From an uncultured Phycisphaeraceae bacterium (GTDB taxonomy: Bacteria; Planctomycetota; Phycisphaerae; WQYP01), in assembly GCA_964610975.1 (NCBI GenBank), contig CAZSYN010000013.1:1-64000 (forward strand): a stretch of 64,000 bases of DNA. Direction: 5' to 3'. Made by a program: the position numbers and the translations under genes. Positions 16,909 through 26,293 of this stretch are shown in pieces; positions within the stretch are counted from its first letter, which is position 1; each line of letters opens with the position of its first letter. Under the pieces are notes generated by a model. The model saw only the letters and a list, made by a program, of their open reading frames with translations, was not told where the DNA came from and did not search any database.

Positions 16909-17760
16909 TTACCTTCCGGATGATCTGCCGGCAGGCGCCGTGCCGGTGTTAATCGGCAGAATGATATTGGCGCCGGCCGCGGAATCACCGCCGATGACAA
17001 CCGTTGAAGGCGCGTGACCGTCCCAGCGCTTGACGATCTCAAGCTCAATGACTTTGGGCGAGGCCAGAAGCGCTTCGCCTTTGATTTTGACGGCTTCGGC
17101 CTCGGCCTTCGCGTTAACGATGGTGATCTGCGCTTCTTTGTTGGCTTTTTCAAGCTCGTATACTTTGGCCAGCGCTTCCTGCTCTTTGACCATTTTCTGC
17201 TCAATGGCTTTTTCAAGCTGGTCTGAAAGATCAATGTTGGCGATGTTAAGGTCTACGATATCCACGATGTGGCCAACAGAACCACGCACCATATTCAGCG
17301 AGGCCGTACGGATCTGGTCGCGCGACTTGACGAGATTGTCGGCCGTGTACCGGGAAGTCACCTGCTTGATGGCTTCCTGAAGCCGCGGCTCAACAAGCGC
17401 ACTGTATGCATCGCCGGAATACTGCTGGTAAAGATCAATGACGCTCTTTTCCGGAATGCGCATCATCAGCGCGTACTGAATGTCCACAGTCTGCAAGTCT
17501 GATGAAAAACAGGTCGCTTTGCCATCATGCTTAACCTGCTTGACGAGCACCAGCACGATATCCTCAATGAACGGCTTTTTGAACGTCATGCCTTCCGGAA
17601 TGGCGCCGGGGCTTACGCGGCCAAGAGTGACCGATACGCCGCGATATCCCGGCGGCACGATTTTGTAGCAAAGCAGCGAAAAGATAAACACAACCAATAC
17701 GACAATGGCAACGGCCAATAAACGCAGAGGAAGACGAGGAAAGTTCGGTGTTGATGACAT
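16909..17760 (-). CDS. SPFH/Band 7 (prohibitin/HflC-like) domain membrane protein
   Basis: N-terminal TM (LLAVAIVVLVVFIF), SPFH core, coiled-coil EQEALAKVYELEKANKEAQI and Ala/Gly-rich tail. Start chosen at ATG MSSTPNF. Confidence 0.8.
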   Translation of the reverse strand: MSSTPNFPRLPLRLLAVAIVVLVVFIFSLLCYKIVPPGYRGVSVTLGRVSPGAIPEGMTFKKPFIEDIVLVLVKQVKHDGKATCFSSDLQTVDIQYALMMRIPEKSVIDLYQQYSGDAYSALVEPRLQEAIKQVTSRYTADNLVKSRDQIRTASLNMVRGSVGHIVDIVDLNIANIDLSDQLEKAIEQKMVKEQEALAKVYELEKANKEAQITIVNAKAEAEAVKIKGEALLASPKVIELEIVKRWDGHAPSTVVIGGDSAAGANIILPINTGTAPAGRSSGR

Positions 17761-17935
17761 CGCAGCCTCGCAATAAAAATCAGGTTTAAGAATTGAGGAA
17801 CCTGAGAGGCATTTTAATGGCAAGTGACGCATTTATGGAAGAGCTGGCCAGCGAAAAGACGAGAAACGGCTTATTTCAGCATTTGCCTCTTCCCTGTTAC
17901 AATGCGTTTTTGGTTATTCAGGAAGGCGCTGGCGT

Positions 17936-18904
17936 ATGCAGAAACATGTTGTGGTGACGGGCGCGGCCGGGTTTATTGGCCGGAATATCGTGGCGGAACT
18001 GAACCGCCGCGGCGAAAACAATCTGATCCTGGTTGATCAACTGGGCACGGACGAAAAATGGAAAAATCTCATCGGTCTGCGCTATGAGGATGTCATCTCG
18101 CCGGATGCGTTTATGGCGATGCTGACAAGCAATCACGGCCCGCAGATCAGCGCGATTGTGCACATGGGCGCATGCAGCGCGACGACAGAACGCAATGCCG
18201 ATTACCTTCTTGAGAACAATTACCGCTATACGCGGCGGCTCTGCGAATGGTGTCTGCATCACAAGGCGCGGTTTGTGTACGCCAGCAGCGCGGCCACGTA
18301 TGGCGATGGCGCGCAGGGTTATCATGATGATGACGCGGCCACGCCGGCGCTGGCGCCGCTGAATATGTACGGCTATAGCAAGCATATGTTTGATCTCTGG
18401 GCGCTGAAGCATGGGCACCTGAAGAATATTGTCGGCCTGAAGTTTTTTAACGTGTACGGCCCGTATGAGGATCATAAGGGCGATATGCGCTCGGTGGTGC
18501 ACAAGTCGTATTACCAGATTCTGGCCGAGGGACATGTGAACTTGTTCCGGTCGCATCGGCCGGATTATCAGGACGGACAGCAGAAGCGTGATTTTGTGTA
18601 CGTGCGCGATGCGGTGAACGTGGCGCTGGCGTTTGTGTACGATCTGCCGAATGTCGGCGGCCTGTTTAACTGCGGCACGGGACATGCGCGATCATGGCTT
18701 GATCTGGCAAATGCGACATTTGCCGCGATGGGCCGCAAACCTGATATCCGCTATATTGACATGCCGGAATCTCTGCGGGCCAAGTATCAGTACTTTACGC
18801 AGGCGGACATGAACAAGCTGCGCGCGGCCGGCTATAGCGCGCCGTTTACGTCACTTGAAGATGGCGTCAAGGATTACGTAACGACGTATCTGGCGAAAAA
18901 GTAA
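17936..18904 (+). CDS. hldD: ADP-L-glycero-D-manno-heptose-6-epimerase
   Basis: VTGAAGFIGRNIV Rossmann motif, YGYSK catalytic motif, C-terminal YQYFTQADMNKLRAAGY characteristic of HldD/RfaD. Confidence 0.9.
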   Translation: MQKHVVVTGAAGFIGRNIVAELNRRGENNLILVDQLGTDEKWKNLIGLRYEDVISPDAFMAMLTSNHGPQISAIVHMGACSATTERNADYLLENNYRYTRRLCEWCLHHKARFVYASSAATYGDGAQGYHDDDAATPALAPLNMYGYSKHMFDLWALKHGHLKNIVGLKFFNVYGPYEDHKGDMRSVVHKSYYQILAEGHVNLFRSHRPDYQDGQQKRDFVYVRDAVNVALAFVYDLPNVGGLFNCGTGHARSWLDLANATFAAMGRKPDIRYIDMPESLRAKYQYFTQADMNKLRAAGYSAPFTSLEDGVKDYVTTYLAKK

Positions 18905-19163
18905 AAACACAAGCGGATGACTCAAGCTCCGAGGTTTTAACCTCGGGGTGGATGCGTAACAGAAAACAACCACCCGTTTTATACATTACCAGCTCAACAT
19001 CGTTGCTTTTTGGGGTTGCGAATCAATCACCACGCGAAGGAAAAACAGTATTGATTCTGCAATGAGCATGTCTGAAATTGTAACAATCCGCCGGCCGCAT
19101 GAGAGCAACGATGTTAAGTTCGCAGTTTGTGAGTCATGCACATTAACGACTGTCACGTACCTA

Positions 19164-19190
19164 CCCCAGGGTTAAAACCCTGGGGCTTTT
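19164..19190 (+). terminator. Rho-independent terminator CCCCAGGGTT-AA-AACCCTGGGG + CTTTTTGTT
   Basis: Read directly; lies ~260 nt downstream of the hldD stop and 3 nt from the stop of the converging dehydrogenase gene. Confidence 0.7.
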
Positions 19191-19192
19191 TG

Positions 19193-20107
19193 TTATTTGA
19201 GCGCCTCAACCACGTCGCGGGCCACCCAGCTCATGGCGTCCATTGCGCCCTGGGTGCGCGCGGCCAGATGCGGGGCAAAAATCAGATTCGGGCAGCCCCA
19301 AAGCGGATAATCGGCCGGCGGCGGTTCAGGTTCGTGAACATCAAGTGCTGCGCCGGCAAGCTGGCCGCCTTTGAGCGCGGCCGCGAGGGCATACGCATCA
19401 AGCACGTCGCCGCGGCAGGTGTTAATCAGCAATGCGGAAGGCTTAAGCTGCTTGAGCACATCCGCGTTGATCAGATGGTGATTGCCGGGCTGATAATTCA
19501 CATGTAAAGTCAGGACGTCGGCTTCTTTATAAAGCGTAGCTTTACCAACGCTTGTGGCCGGGAAATCAATATGCGCGCTGACATCCGCAATATCGTTATA
19601 GAGCACGCGCATACCCATAGCCCAGGCAATTTTGCCCACGCCCCGGCCGATGCGGCCCATACCCAAAATGCTCATCGTTTTGCCGGAAAGCTCAAGGCCG
19701 CGGATTTTTTTGCGATACGCATGAAATTCCTCGGCAGAAATCGGCGCTTTAAGATCAACCAGCGGCCGGCCGAGATGAAAAATCAGATTATAAACATACT
19801 CGCATACCGCCCGCGTATTGGCCGTTGGCGTGCTAAGCACCTGAACGCCGCGACGAGCACAGGCATCCTGATCAATATTCTCAAGGCCGACACCTGCGCG
19901 CCCCACCACTTTGAGTTTTGGCGCCAACGCCAGCAACGCATCGTTAACCTGCGTGTATGTGCGCACAATCAGGCCGTCAGCCTGCGCCAATGCGGCGGCC
20001 AAAGCGTCTTTGTTGGTGTATTTGGCCTCAATCACCTGCGCGTTTTGCCGCAACCAGGCAAAAGGAGTTTCTTCAAGTCCCTCGGTGACAACGATTGTCG
20101 GCAGCAT
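19193..20107 (-). CDS. D-isomer-specific 2-hydroxyacid dehydrogenase (phosphoglycerate dehydrogenase / glyoxylate reductase family)
   Basis: NAD-binding GMGRIGRGVGK, catalytic-region RGDVLD...H motifs; 304 aa. Confidence 0.85.
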   Translation of the reverse strand: MLPTIVVTEGLEETPFAWLRQNAQVIEAKYTNKDALAAALAQADGLIVRTYTQVNDALLALAPKLKVVGRAGVGLENIDQDACARRGVQVLSTPTANTRAVCEYVYNLIFHLGRPLVDLKAPISAEEFHAYRKKIRGLELSGKTMSILGMGRIGRGVGKIAWAMGMRVLYNDIADVSAHIDFPATSVGKATLYKEADVLTLHVNYQPGNHHLINADVLKQLKPSALLINTCRGDVLDAYALAAALKGGQLAGAALDVHEPEPPPADYPLWGCPNLIFAPHLAARTQGAMDAMSWVARDVVEALK

Positions 20108-20175
20108 GCGTACCTCATGAACGAGCCAAACAAAAAGTACCCACCATTTGTTTACTCGCTTAACTTGCTCAACAT

Positions 20176-20973
20176 TTATCCTGCGGCACCCATTTTGAGC
20201 ACTTCTTCAGCCAGCACGCCGTAGTCGGCCGCGCCGGCCGAGGATGGCGCATACTGAAAAATGCTCTGGCCAAAGCTTGGCGCTTCGGCAAGCTTGATGT
20301 TGCGGCGGATATGCGTCTGAAAAATGTGCGCCTCAGACCACGGCTCATTTTTACCGCGCGACTGCTCAAGAAAACTCTCAACTTCGCCGGTGACTTCGCC
20401 GGTCAGGCGCGCCTGAGACTCAAACTGGCAAAACAAAATGCCGCTGATGCGGAGCTGAGGATTCAGCGCCTGACGAACCAGCGCAACGGTCTCAAAAAGT
20501 TTGGCCATTCCCTGCAAAGCCAGAAAGTGAGCCTGAAGCGGAATAAAAACTTCCGTCACATACGTTATGGCGTTTACCGTCAGCAATCCCAGCGACGGCG
20601 GGCAATCAATGAGCACAAAGTCTGCCTCAAGCGGAGGATTGAGCGCGGCCTTGCGCAAGATCAACTCGCGCTGCGGCACGGCGACAAGTTCCTGCTCGGC
20701 CGCGGCAAGATCCGTCGTTGACGGCGAAACCCACAGGCGCTCGCTGACTGGTATCAGCGATTCTTTGATCGGCACGTTGTCCGTGAGCACCTGGTAAGTT
20801 GAATACCGCACCTTATCCGGCGTAATGCCCAGATGCGTAGAGAGATTGGCCTGCGGATCAAGGTCAATAAGCACCACGCGCTGGCCGGCGTCAGCCAGTG
20901 CCGCGCCCAGGTTAACAGAGGTGGTGGTTTTGCCCACGCCGCCCTTTTGGTTGAATAAAGCAATCGTTCGCAT
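20176..20973 (-). CDS. ParA/Soj/MinD-family P-loop ATPase (orphan, no parB seen)
   Basis: Deviant Walker A NQKGGVGKTTTSVNLGAAL from ATG MRTIALFNQKGG; 265 aa. Confidence 0.85.
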   Translation of the reverse strand: MRTIALFNQKGGVGKTTTSVNLGAALADAGQRVVLIDLDPQANLSTHLGITPDKVRYSTYQVLTDNVPIKESLIPVSERLWVSPSTTDLAAAEQELVAVPQRELILRKAALNPPLEADFVLIDCPPSLGLLTVNAITYVTEVFIPLQAHFLALQGMAKLFETVALVRQALNPQLRISGILFCQFESQARLTGEVTGEVESFLEQSRGKNEPWSEAHIFQTHIRRNIKLAEAPSFGQSIFQYAPSSAGAADYGVLAEEVLKMGAAG

Positions 20974-21164
20974 GCCCAAAAGGATACAGAACAACGGGCG
21001 GAAAGGAAAATGACAGGCCAATAAAAAAGTTCCCGCCGCAAATTGCGACGGGAACTGTTCCGATCGGGAAATCCCAATTGGGCCCTAAGTTTTTGGTAAG
21101 CCACAGGAGGGCATCCTGTCATATGGCGCTCAGCGGGATGGTAAACCCGGATCCCGCGGCGGCC

Positions 21165-21269
21165 TTACTTGGCTTTCTTCTTAGCGGGCTTCTTGGCCAC
21201 TTTCTTGACAGCCTTCTTGACGACTTTCTTAACCGCTTTCTTCGCTGGTTTTTTCTTGGCTACTGGCAT
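21165..21269 (-). CDS. Small lysine/alanine-rich basic protein (34 aa), histone H1-like AKK-repeat ORF
   Basis: GGAGGTGA Shine-Dalgarno 6 nt before ATG; MPVAKKKPAKKAVKKVVKKAVKKVAKKPAKKKAK then TAA. Found by manual translation; absent from the ORF track (<60 aa). 190 bp upstream of the parA-like gene on the same strand. Confidence 0.5.
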   Translation of the reverse strand: MPVAKKKPAKKAVKKVVKKAVKKVAKKPAKKKAK

Positions 21270-21694
21270 TGCTATCACCTCCTTAAAGGGATATTAAAAA
21301 AGAGAAGACATGAATCTCATGCGAATGATTTTGATGACGCACAAGAATTTGTCAAAGGAAAAATCATCACCACTGATATTTTTTTCGGTCCGATCATGCA
21401 CGTAACTTGAGTTAAAAACAGCAATAACATCCGCGCACGCACAATCCGCGCGCACGATACGCACATCATCAACATGCAAAATCACCAATATTCATGCATG
21501 TTTTCTTCACATTCAATGTGCGCTCACATCAACATGTCATCGCGTAATGAAGTTTTGTTTTTTTTGTGAGATTCATCACGCAAAAATTTTTTCTGCGTGA
21601 GATTTTTTTTGAGTGATGATCAGAAAATGATCGCAAAACATCCCGATGATGCGCCGGAGATGCACGGCCTGCGGCATTCTTCAGACGAAGTTGC

Positions 21695-23098
21695 TCACGC
21701 GCCGCAGCACTTTTTATATTTTTTCCCCGAACCGCACGGACACGGATCATTGCGCCCCGGTTTTGCTCCCGGCATCGCTCCGCCACGCGCCGTCATCGGC
21801 CTGCTCGGCATGGGTGTTGCCGGCGCGCGCCCTTCACGCTGCGCCAGAATCTGCATGATCTGCGCCGGAGCCTGCTGATGCCTGAGCAGATCAACCATCA
21901 TCTTCATGTACGGATCAATGTGCGAAAAGAATTTTTTATATCCCGCGCACAGGTAATTGAGTCCCGGCTCGCCATCAGGCGTCACGGCAAAGCGATGTTT
22001 CGGGCACTCACCATTGCAGGCAAAGCGCACGGAGCATTCGCGGCAGTATTTCGGCAGCGTATCTTTCTTATCCTGGCCAAACTGACGCTGCTGCGGCACT
22101 TCGGAAAGTTCCGAGAGCGATCTCTCATGCAGATTTCCGAGTTTATATTCCGGATATACGTAATGATCGCACGCGTAGAGATCGCCGTTGTGCTCAAGCG
22201 CCATAGCCCGGCCGCATGTTTCCGCGAAATAACAGAGCGATGAGCCCATTCCCGCCCAGATCCCAAGCTGAACATCAAACATCTGCACGTACTGCATGCC
22301 CACATCACGGCGCACCCACTCATCAAAGATCGCGCAGAGAAAATCGCCGTATGCTTCAGGCTCAACACTCCACGGCGTCACCTCCGCACCATTGCTGAGC
22401 ACCTTGAGTGCCGGCGGCTTGGCCAGTTTCTCCGGCATCGCCCCCAGGCGCTCTACAAGAGGAATAAACTGCATAAACCCGGAGCCATGTTCACGCAGGA
22501 ACCGGTACACCTCAAGCGGCGCGTGCGCCAGTTCACGATGCACCACCGTCAGCGTATTGAACTCCACATGGTGTTTTTTGAACAGATTCAGCGCGCGCAT
22601 GACCAGTTCATGCGTCGGTTTGCCTTCGCGCGTCAGGCGATAACGATCATGCAGATGCGCCGGGCCGTCAATGGATAACCCGACCAGAAAATGATTAGCC
22701 GCAAAGAACTCCGCCCATGCGTCATCAATCAGAATACCGTTGGTCTGAAAAGCATTCTGTATCGTCACCCCCGGCGGGCCATATTTCTTCTGCAACTCCA
22801 CCACGCGCTTAAAAAACTCAAGGCCCATCAGGGTCGGCTCGCCGCCCTGCCAGGCAAAATTGATTTCCGGCACATTCTGCCCGGCAATGTACTGGCGAAT
22901 ATATTCCTCAAGCGTAGCGTCATTCATGCGAAACTGCGCCGCGCGTTCATGTTCCGGATACAGGCGTTCTTTTTCCAGGTAAAAGCAGTAACTGCAATTG
23001 ATATTGCAGATCGGACCGATTGGTTTGGTCATGATATGAAAAGAACGCGGCTGAATACCGGCCGTCCGTGTCTGGTCTTCAATCCGATTCTGGCTCAT
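21695..23098 (-). CDS. Anaerobic sulfatase-maturating enzyme-like radical SAM/SPASM protein with C-terminal SEC-C zinc-binding motif
   Basis: [10 protein letters not shown] (CxxxCxxC), [17 protein letters not shown] cysteine clusters ([31 protein letters not shown]). C-terminal [16 protein letters not shown] is a SEC-C motif. Start taken at [11 protein letters not shown]. Confidence 0.75.
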   Translation of the reverse strand: MSQNRIEDQTRTAGIQPRSFHIMTKPIGPICNINCSYCFYLEKERLYPEHERAAQFRMNDATLEEYIRQYIAGQNVPEINFAWQGGEPTLMGLEFFKRVVELQKKYGPPGVTIQNAFQTNGILIDDAWAEFFAANHFLVGLSIDGPAHLHDRYRLTREGKPTHELVMRALNLFKKHHVEFNTLTVVHRELAHAPLEVYRFLREHGSGFMQFIPLVERLGAMPEKLAKPPALKVLSNGAEVTPWSVEPEAYGDFLCAIFDEWVRRDVGMQYVQMFDVQLGIWAGMGSSLCYFAETCGRAMALEHNGDLYACDHYVYPEYKLGNLHERSLSELSEVPQQRQFGQDKKDTLPKYCRECSVRFACNGECPKHRFAVTPDGEPGLNYLCAGYKKFFSHIDPYMKMMVDLLRHQQAPAQIMQILAQREGRAPATPMPSRPMTARGGAMPGAKPGRNDPCPCGSGKKYKKCCGA

Positions 23099-23575
23099 CT
23101 CTGATAAAGCTCCGCCGCACTTTTTAGAAATATCCTCTCGCCGGCGGCCAGTATAGCATTTTGCGCCCCCGGCGTATGTCTCTTCTGCCATGATCGTGCC
23201 AAAGAAAAGATTGAGCTCTCCTTTTCACAAAATCGTGGCTGAGAGGCATGTGGCAAATTGCCAGTCGCGTGAATAAGCATCAGTACGGCAATCTTTGCGG
23301 GCGAGAATCAATTCAAGCCAGGCGGCGTAAATCCTGTGGTAATTTCGAAAATTGACAACATCATAAAACGTCAACGATATCACGCCATGAATCAGATTCA
23401 GACGATTAAGCTGAGCGATTCCGGCAATTATCAGCACATTCATTCAATAAATATCAATCGCATCATGCCGCAGAACTGAACTGAGTGCCACCGAATAATC
23501 CGCCAGTAAATCCGAATGAAAATTCAATACAATATCTGGCGAGTGGATTCAAACACCGCAGTTATATGCTGATCA

Positions 23576-23974
23576 TCACACCGTGGCCGATTCTTTTGCC
23601 TGCTCAAATACCGGCACATCAATATTATCCCATGCCACGCGTGTGCCGGGGGCAAACTGCGATGCCTGGTAACGATCCGGCAGCTTCACCACAACTTCAT
23701 ACGCGGTAAGCACCGTCAGCTCATTGGTGGATGTATTGACCGACAGGATTGTTCCCTGCATGCGCCTGGGCCGGCCAAAGAGCGGCTCAACATAATTGCC
23801 GCCAAGCTCCACACGGTCCACTTTCCACGCCGGAGCGTGAATTGTTCCCGTCACGCGGTCTCCGGCCTTCAGGCCCGATACGCCGGCAACCTTAAAACTC
23901 GTGCGATAATTATTGCCCGGTGTCTTAAGCGTAATAGTTCCGTCCTCAACAGCATCTACGATGAATTTTGGCAT
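23576..23974 (-). CDS. Hypothetical protein (132 aa)
   Basis: AGGAA Shine-Dalgarno 6 nt before ATG MPKFIVDAV; no known motif. Confidence 0.4.
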   Translation of the reverse strand: MPKFIVDAVEDGTITLKTPGNNYRTSFKVAGVSGLKAGDRVTGTIHAPAWKVDRVELGGNYVEPLFGRPRRMQGTILSVNTSTNELTVLTAYEVVVKLPDRYQASQFAPGTRVAWDNIDVPVFEQAKESATV

Positions 23975-24022
23975 GACAATTCCTTTACCCACATGATTAT
24001 GATATGCACTCAACATAAACTC

Positions 24023-24096
24023 AGATGAGCCAAAAGTTAAACAAGTAAATCGAGATAAACGAGTTAAGCACAAAAGCTCTTGTTTAACTTGATACC
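24023..24096. terminator. AT-rich hairpin cluster (AAGTTAAACAAG / CTTGTTTAACTT x2), likely terminator of rhomboid gene and/or regulatory site for the downstream hypothetical gene
   Basis: 12-bp inverted repeats at 24023-24034 and 24067-24078, plus a direct copy at 24085-24096. Related in sequence to the hairpin at 49793-49840. Confidence 0.4.
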
Positions 24097-24163
24097 TTGT
24101 TTAACTTTACCTGCCCACACCACATACCACTCTGCGCATCGTGCATTTATAGTCTATTCAACA

Positions 24164-25339
24164 TTACCCCTGCCCCATCAACTTGGCCAGTTCTTCTTCG
24201 GCCAGCGCACGACGATTCGGTTCATGCAGTTTCGTCAACGCGGCCTTGAGCATCTCTATGGCGCGCTGCGGCTGAGGCACATAACGCGAATAAATCAGAC
24301 CCAGCAGCAACTGAATATGCTCCGGCGGTTCCGGCGTTTTGTATTGCGCCAGGTAATCCTCATATGCCCGTGCGGCCAGTTGATGATGTCCCTCGGCCAT
24401 AAGCTGATTGGCAATATCAAGCTGGTCCTGCGATGGCAAAACAGCCGACGAATCAATGCCTTTTAATTCCGCATATCGCGCGGCCGCGGCCGAAAGCTGA
24501 TGCGTATGTATCATCGCCATGATCGCATCGCGCAGCTCAACCGTGCGCGGATCAACATAAAGCCCCGGCGCGGCGGCAGCTTTGGGCGCGCGATTAACAT
24601 ATGTTCCGGAAAACGGATCATTGCCCTGCGCAACCATATGCTGATACTCGCGGCGCCTGCGCCAACGGGCCAAGAGCGCCAGAATATCATAATGATCACG
24701 CTGAACCATATGCGTTGCCAGCAGAATGGCGCCGACCACAAAACCGGCAAAATACCCTGACAGATGCGCCATATGCGCAACGTTACTCTGGCCAAAAAGA
24801 TACGGCTCAACCAGATCCTTGCCCACAGAGAACAGAATGAACCAGATGCTCGGAATCTCGACGACGTCCACGTAAAAGATGATCCACACGAGCATGCGAA
24901 CGTTGGTGCGCGGCAGCAGCATCATGAACATACCCGCCACGGCCGCGATTGCGCCTGATGCGCCAAGCGTCGATGCGTCACTGGTCAGCACCTGCCCGCA
25001 ACCGGCCAGGATTCCGCCGGCCAGGTAAAAAGCCAGATACGGCACATGCCCCAGTTTTTCGTTGAGATTATTGCCAAAAACATATAGGAACATCATGTTA
25101 CCCACCAGGTGGTAAATCCCCTGATGAAGAAACTGATACGTCACAAACTGATAAAGCTGAATTTCCTGTCCCGGATACAGGTAATACTTGGCCTCGGCCG
25201 GCAACCACGGGATAAGGTTATGCCCCACAATTCCCGAAGAGTGATACAAAAAATAAATCACCACATTCAGGGCGATCAGCAATGCATTCATCCACGGAAA
25301 GCGGCGCTGCTGACAATCTGTGCCGATCGGAAAAAACAT
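24164..25339 (-). CDS. Rhomboid family intramembrane serine protease with C-terminal TPR-like soluble domain
   Basis: Multiple TM helices; catalytic GASGAI serine motif and AHLSGYFAG histidine helix; ATG MFFPIGTD. Confidence 0.8.
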   Translation of the reverse strand: MFFPIGTDCQQRRFPWMNALLIALNVVIYFLYHSSGIVGHNLIPWLPAEAKYYLYPGQEIQLYQFVTYQFLHQGIYHLVGNMMFLYVFGNNLNEKLGHVPYLAFYLAGGILAGCGQVLTSDASTLGASGAIAAVAGMFMMLLPRTNVRMLVWIIFYVDVVEIPSIWFILFSVGKDLVEPYLFGQSNVAHMAHLSGYFAGFVVGAILLATHMVQRDHYDILALLARWRRRREYQHMVAQGNDPFSGTYVNRAPKAAAAPGLYVDPRTVELRDAIMAMIHTHQLSAAAARYAELKGIDSSAVLPSQDQLDIANQLMAEGHHQLAARAYEDYLAQYKTPEPPEHIQLLLGLIYSRYVPQPQRAIEMLKAALTKLHEPNRRALAEEELAKLMGQG

Positions 25340-25538
25340 GCGTGTGTGGCCCCTGTCATAATTACCGGATGATTGACGCACAACTGGCGCATCAATGTTA
25401 CCGCATTATTCTCGCGGCGGCCTGCGCGGTCAATCCGCGAATGCATTTATATCAGCTTTTGCCTGACTGGCATACTGAGCCAACTATGCTACACTATACA
25501 AAAGTCACTGTTTTTCGCACTTATTCTGGAGAGTCGCC

Positions 25539-26252
25539 ATGTCCCTGCGCGTTACCGTATGGCACGAATACCGCCACGAAAAAACGAATCCTGAAGTCGC
25601 CAAATTGTACCCGGAAGGCATGCATATGGCGCTGGCAAAACCGCTGCGCGAAGCCGGTTTTGAAGTTCGCACGGCCACGCTTGATGAACCTTCCCACGGC
25701 CTGACCGATGACGTACTCAACACAACCGACGTCCTCACCTGGTGGGGCCACGGCGCGCATAACGAAGTTTCCGACGAAATTGTGGCCAAAGTCAAGCAGC
25801 GCGTACTCACCGGCATGGGCCTGGTCGTGCTGCATTCAGGCCATTTTTCAAAAATCTTTAAGGCCCTCATGGGCACAACCTGCGACCTCAAGTGGCGCGA
25901 ATCAGGCGACAGAGAGATCATGTGGGTTGCCGCGCCGGGACATCCCATTGTTGATGGCATTAACGATCACATCGTAATTCCTCATGAAGAAATGTATGGC
26001 GAACATTTTGATATTCCTCAGCCCGACGAAACGGTGCTGATCTCGTCATTTAGCCCAGGCGGCGAAGTATTCCGCAGCGGTGTGACCTTCCGCCGCGGCA
26101 TGGGCCGCATCTTCTACTTCCGCCCCGGCCACGAAACTTACCCGGCCTATTATCAGCCGGAAGTCCTCAAGATCTTCGTTAACGGCGTGCGCTGGTGCGG
26201 ACCGACCGCAAACGTCACCAACACCGTTTACGGCAATCACAAACCGATCTGA
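25539..26252 (+). CDS. ThuA-family (trehalose utilisation-like, class I glutamine amidotransferase-like) protein
   Basis: N-terminus [14 protein letters not shown] and ~237 aa length characteristic of ThuA; GGAGAG Shine-Dalgarno. Confidence 0.7.
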   Translation: MSLRVTVWHEYRHEKTNPEVAKLYPEGMHMALAKPLREAGFEVRTATLDEPSHGLTDDVLNTTDVLTWWGHGAHNEVSDEIVAKVKQRVLTGMGLVVLHSGHFSKIFKALMGTTCDLKWRESGDREIMWVAAPGHPIVDGINDHIVIPHEEMYGEHFDIPQPDETVLISSFSPGGEVFRSGVTFRRGMGRIFYFRPGHETYPAYYQPEVLKIFVNGVRWCGPTANVTNTVYGNHKPI

Positions 26253-26262
26253 GTTATGCCGA

Positions 26263-26293
26263 GCCCCACCCCTCACGGGGTGGGGCTTTTTTT
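26263..26293 (+). terminator. Rho-independent terminator GCCCCACCCC-TCAC-GGGGTGGGGC + T7 (REP-related stem)
   Basis: Perfect 10-bp stem followed by ttttttt. The ATG of the next gene follows immediately at 26294. Confidence 0.8.

Noticed and set aside
19164-19190. Terminator serving the minus-strand dehydrogenase gene
   Set aside because: On the minus strand the hairpin is not followed by a U-run; the T-run is on the plus strand only.
21078-21410. 110-aa plus-strand ORF overlapping the lysine-rich sORF
   Set aside because: No RBS and leucine-rich low-complexity sequence. The minus-strand sORF has a perfect Shine-Dalgarno and a biologically recognisable AKK-repeat product.
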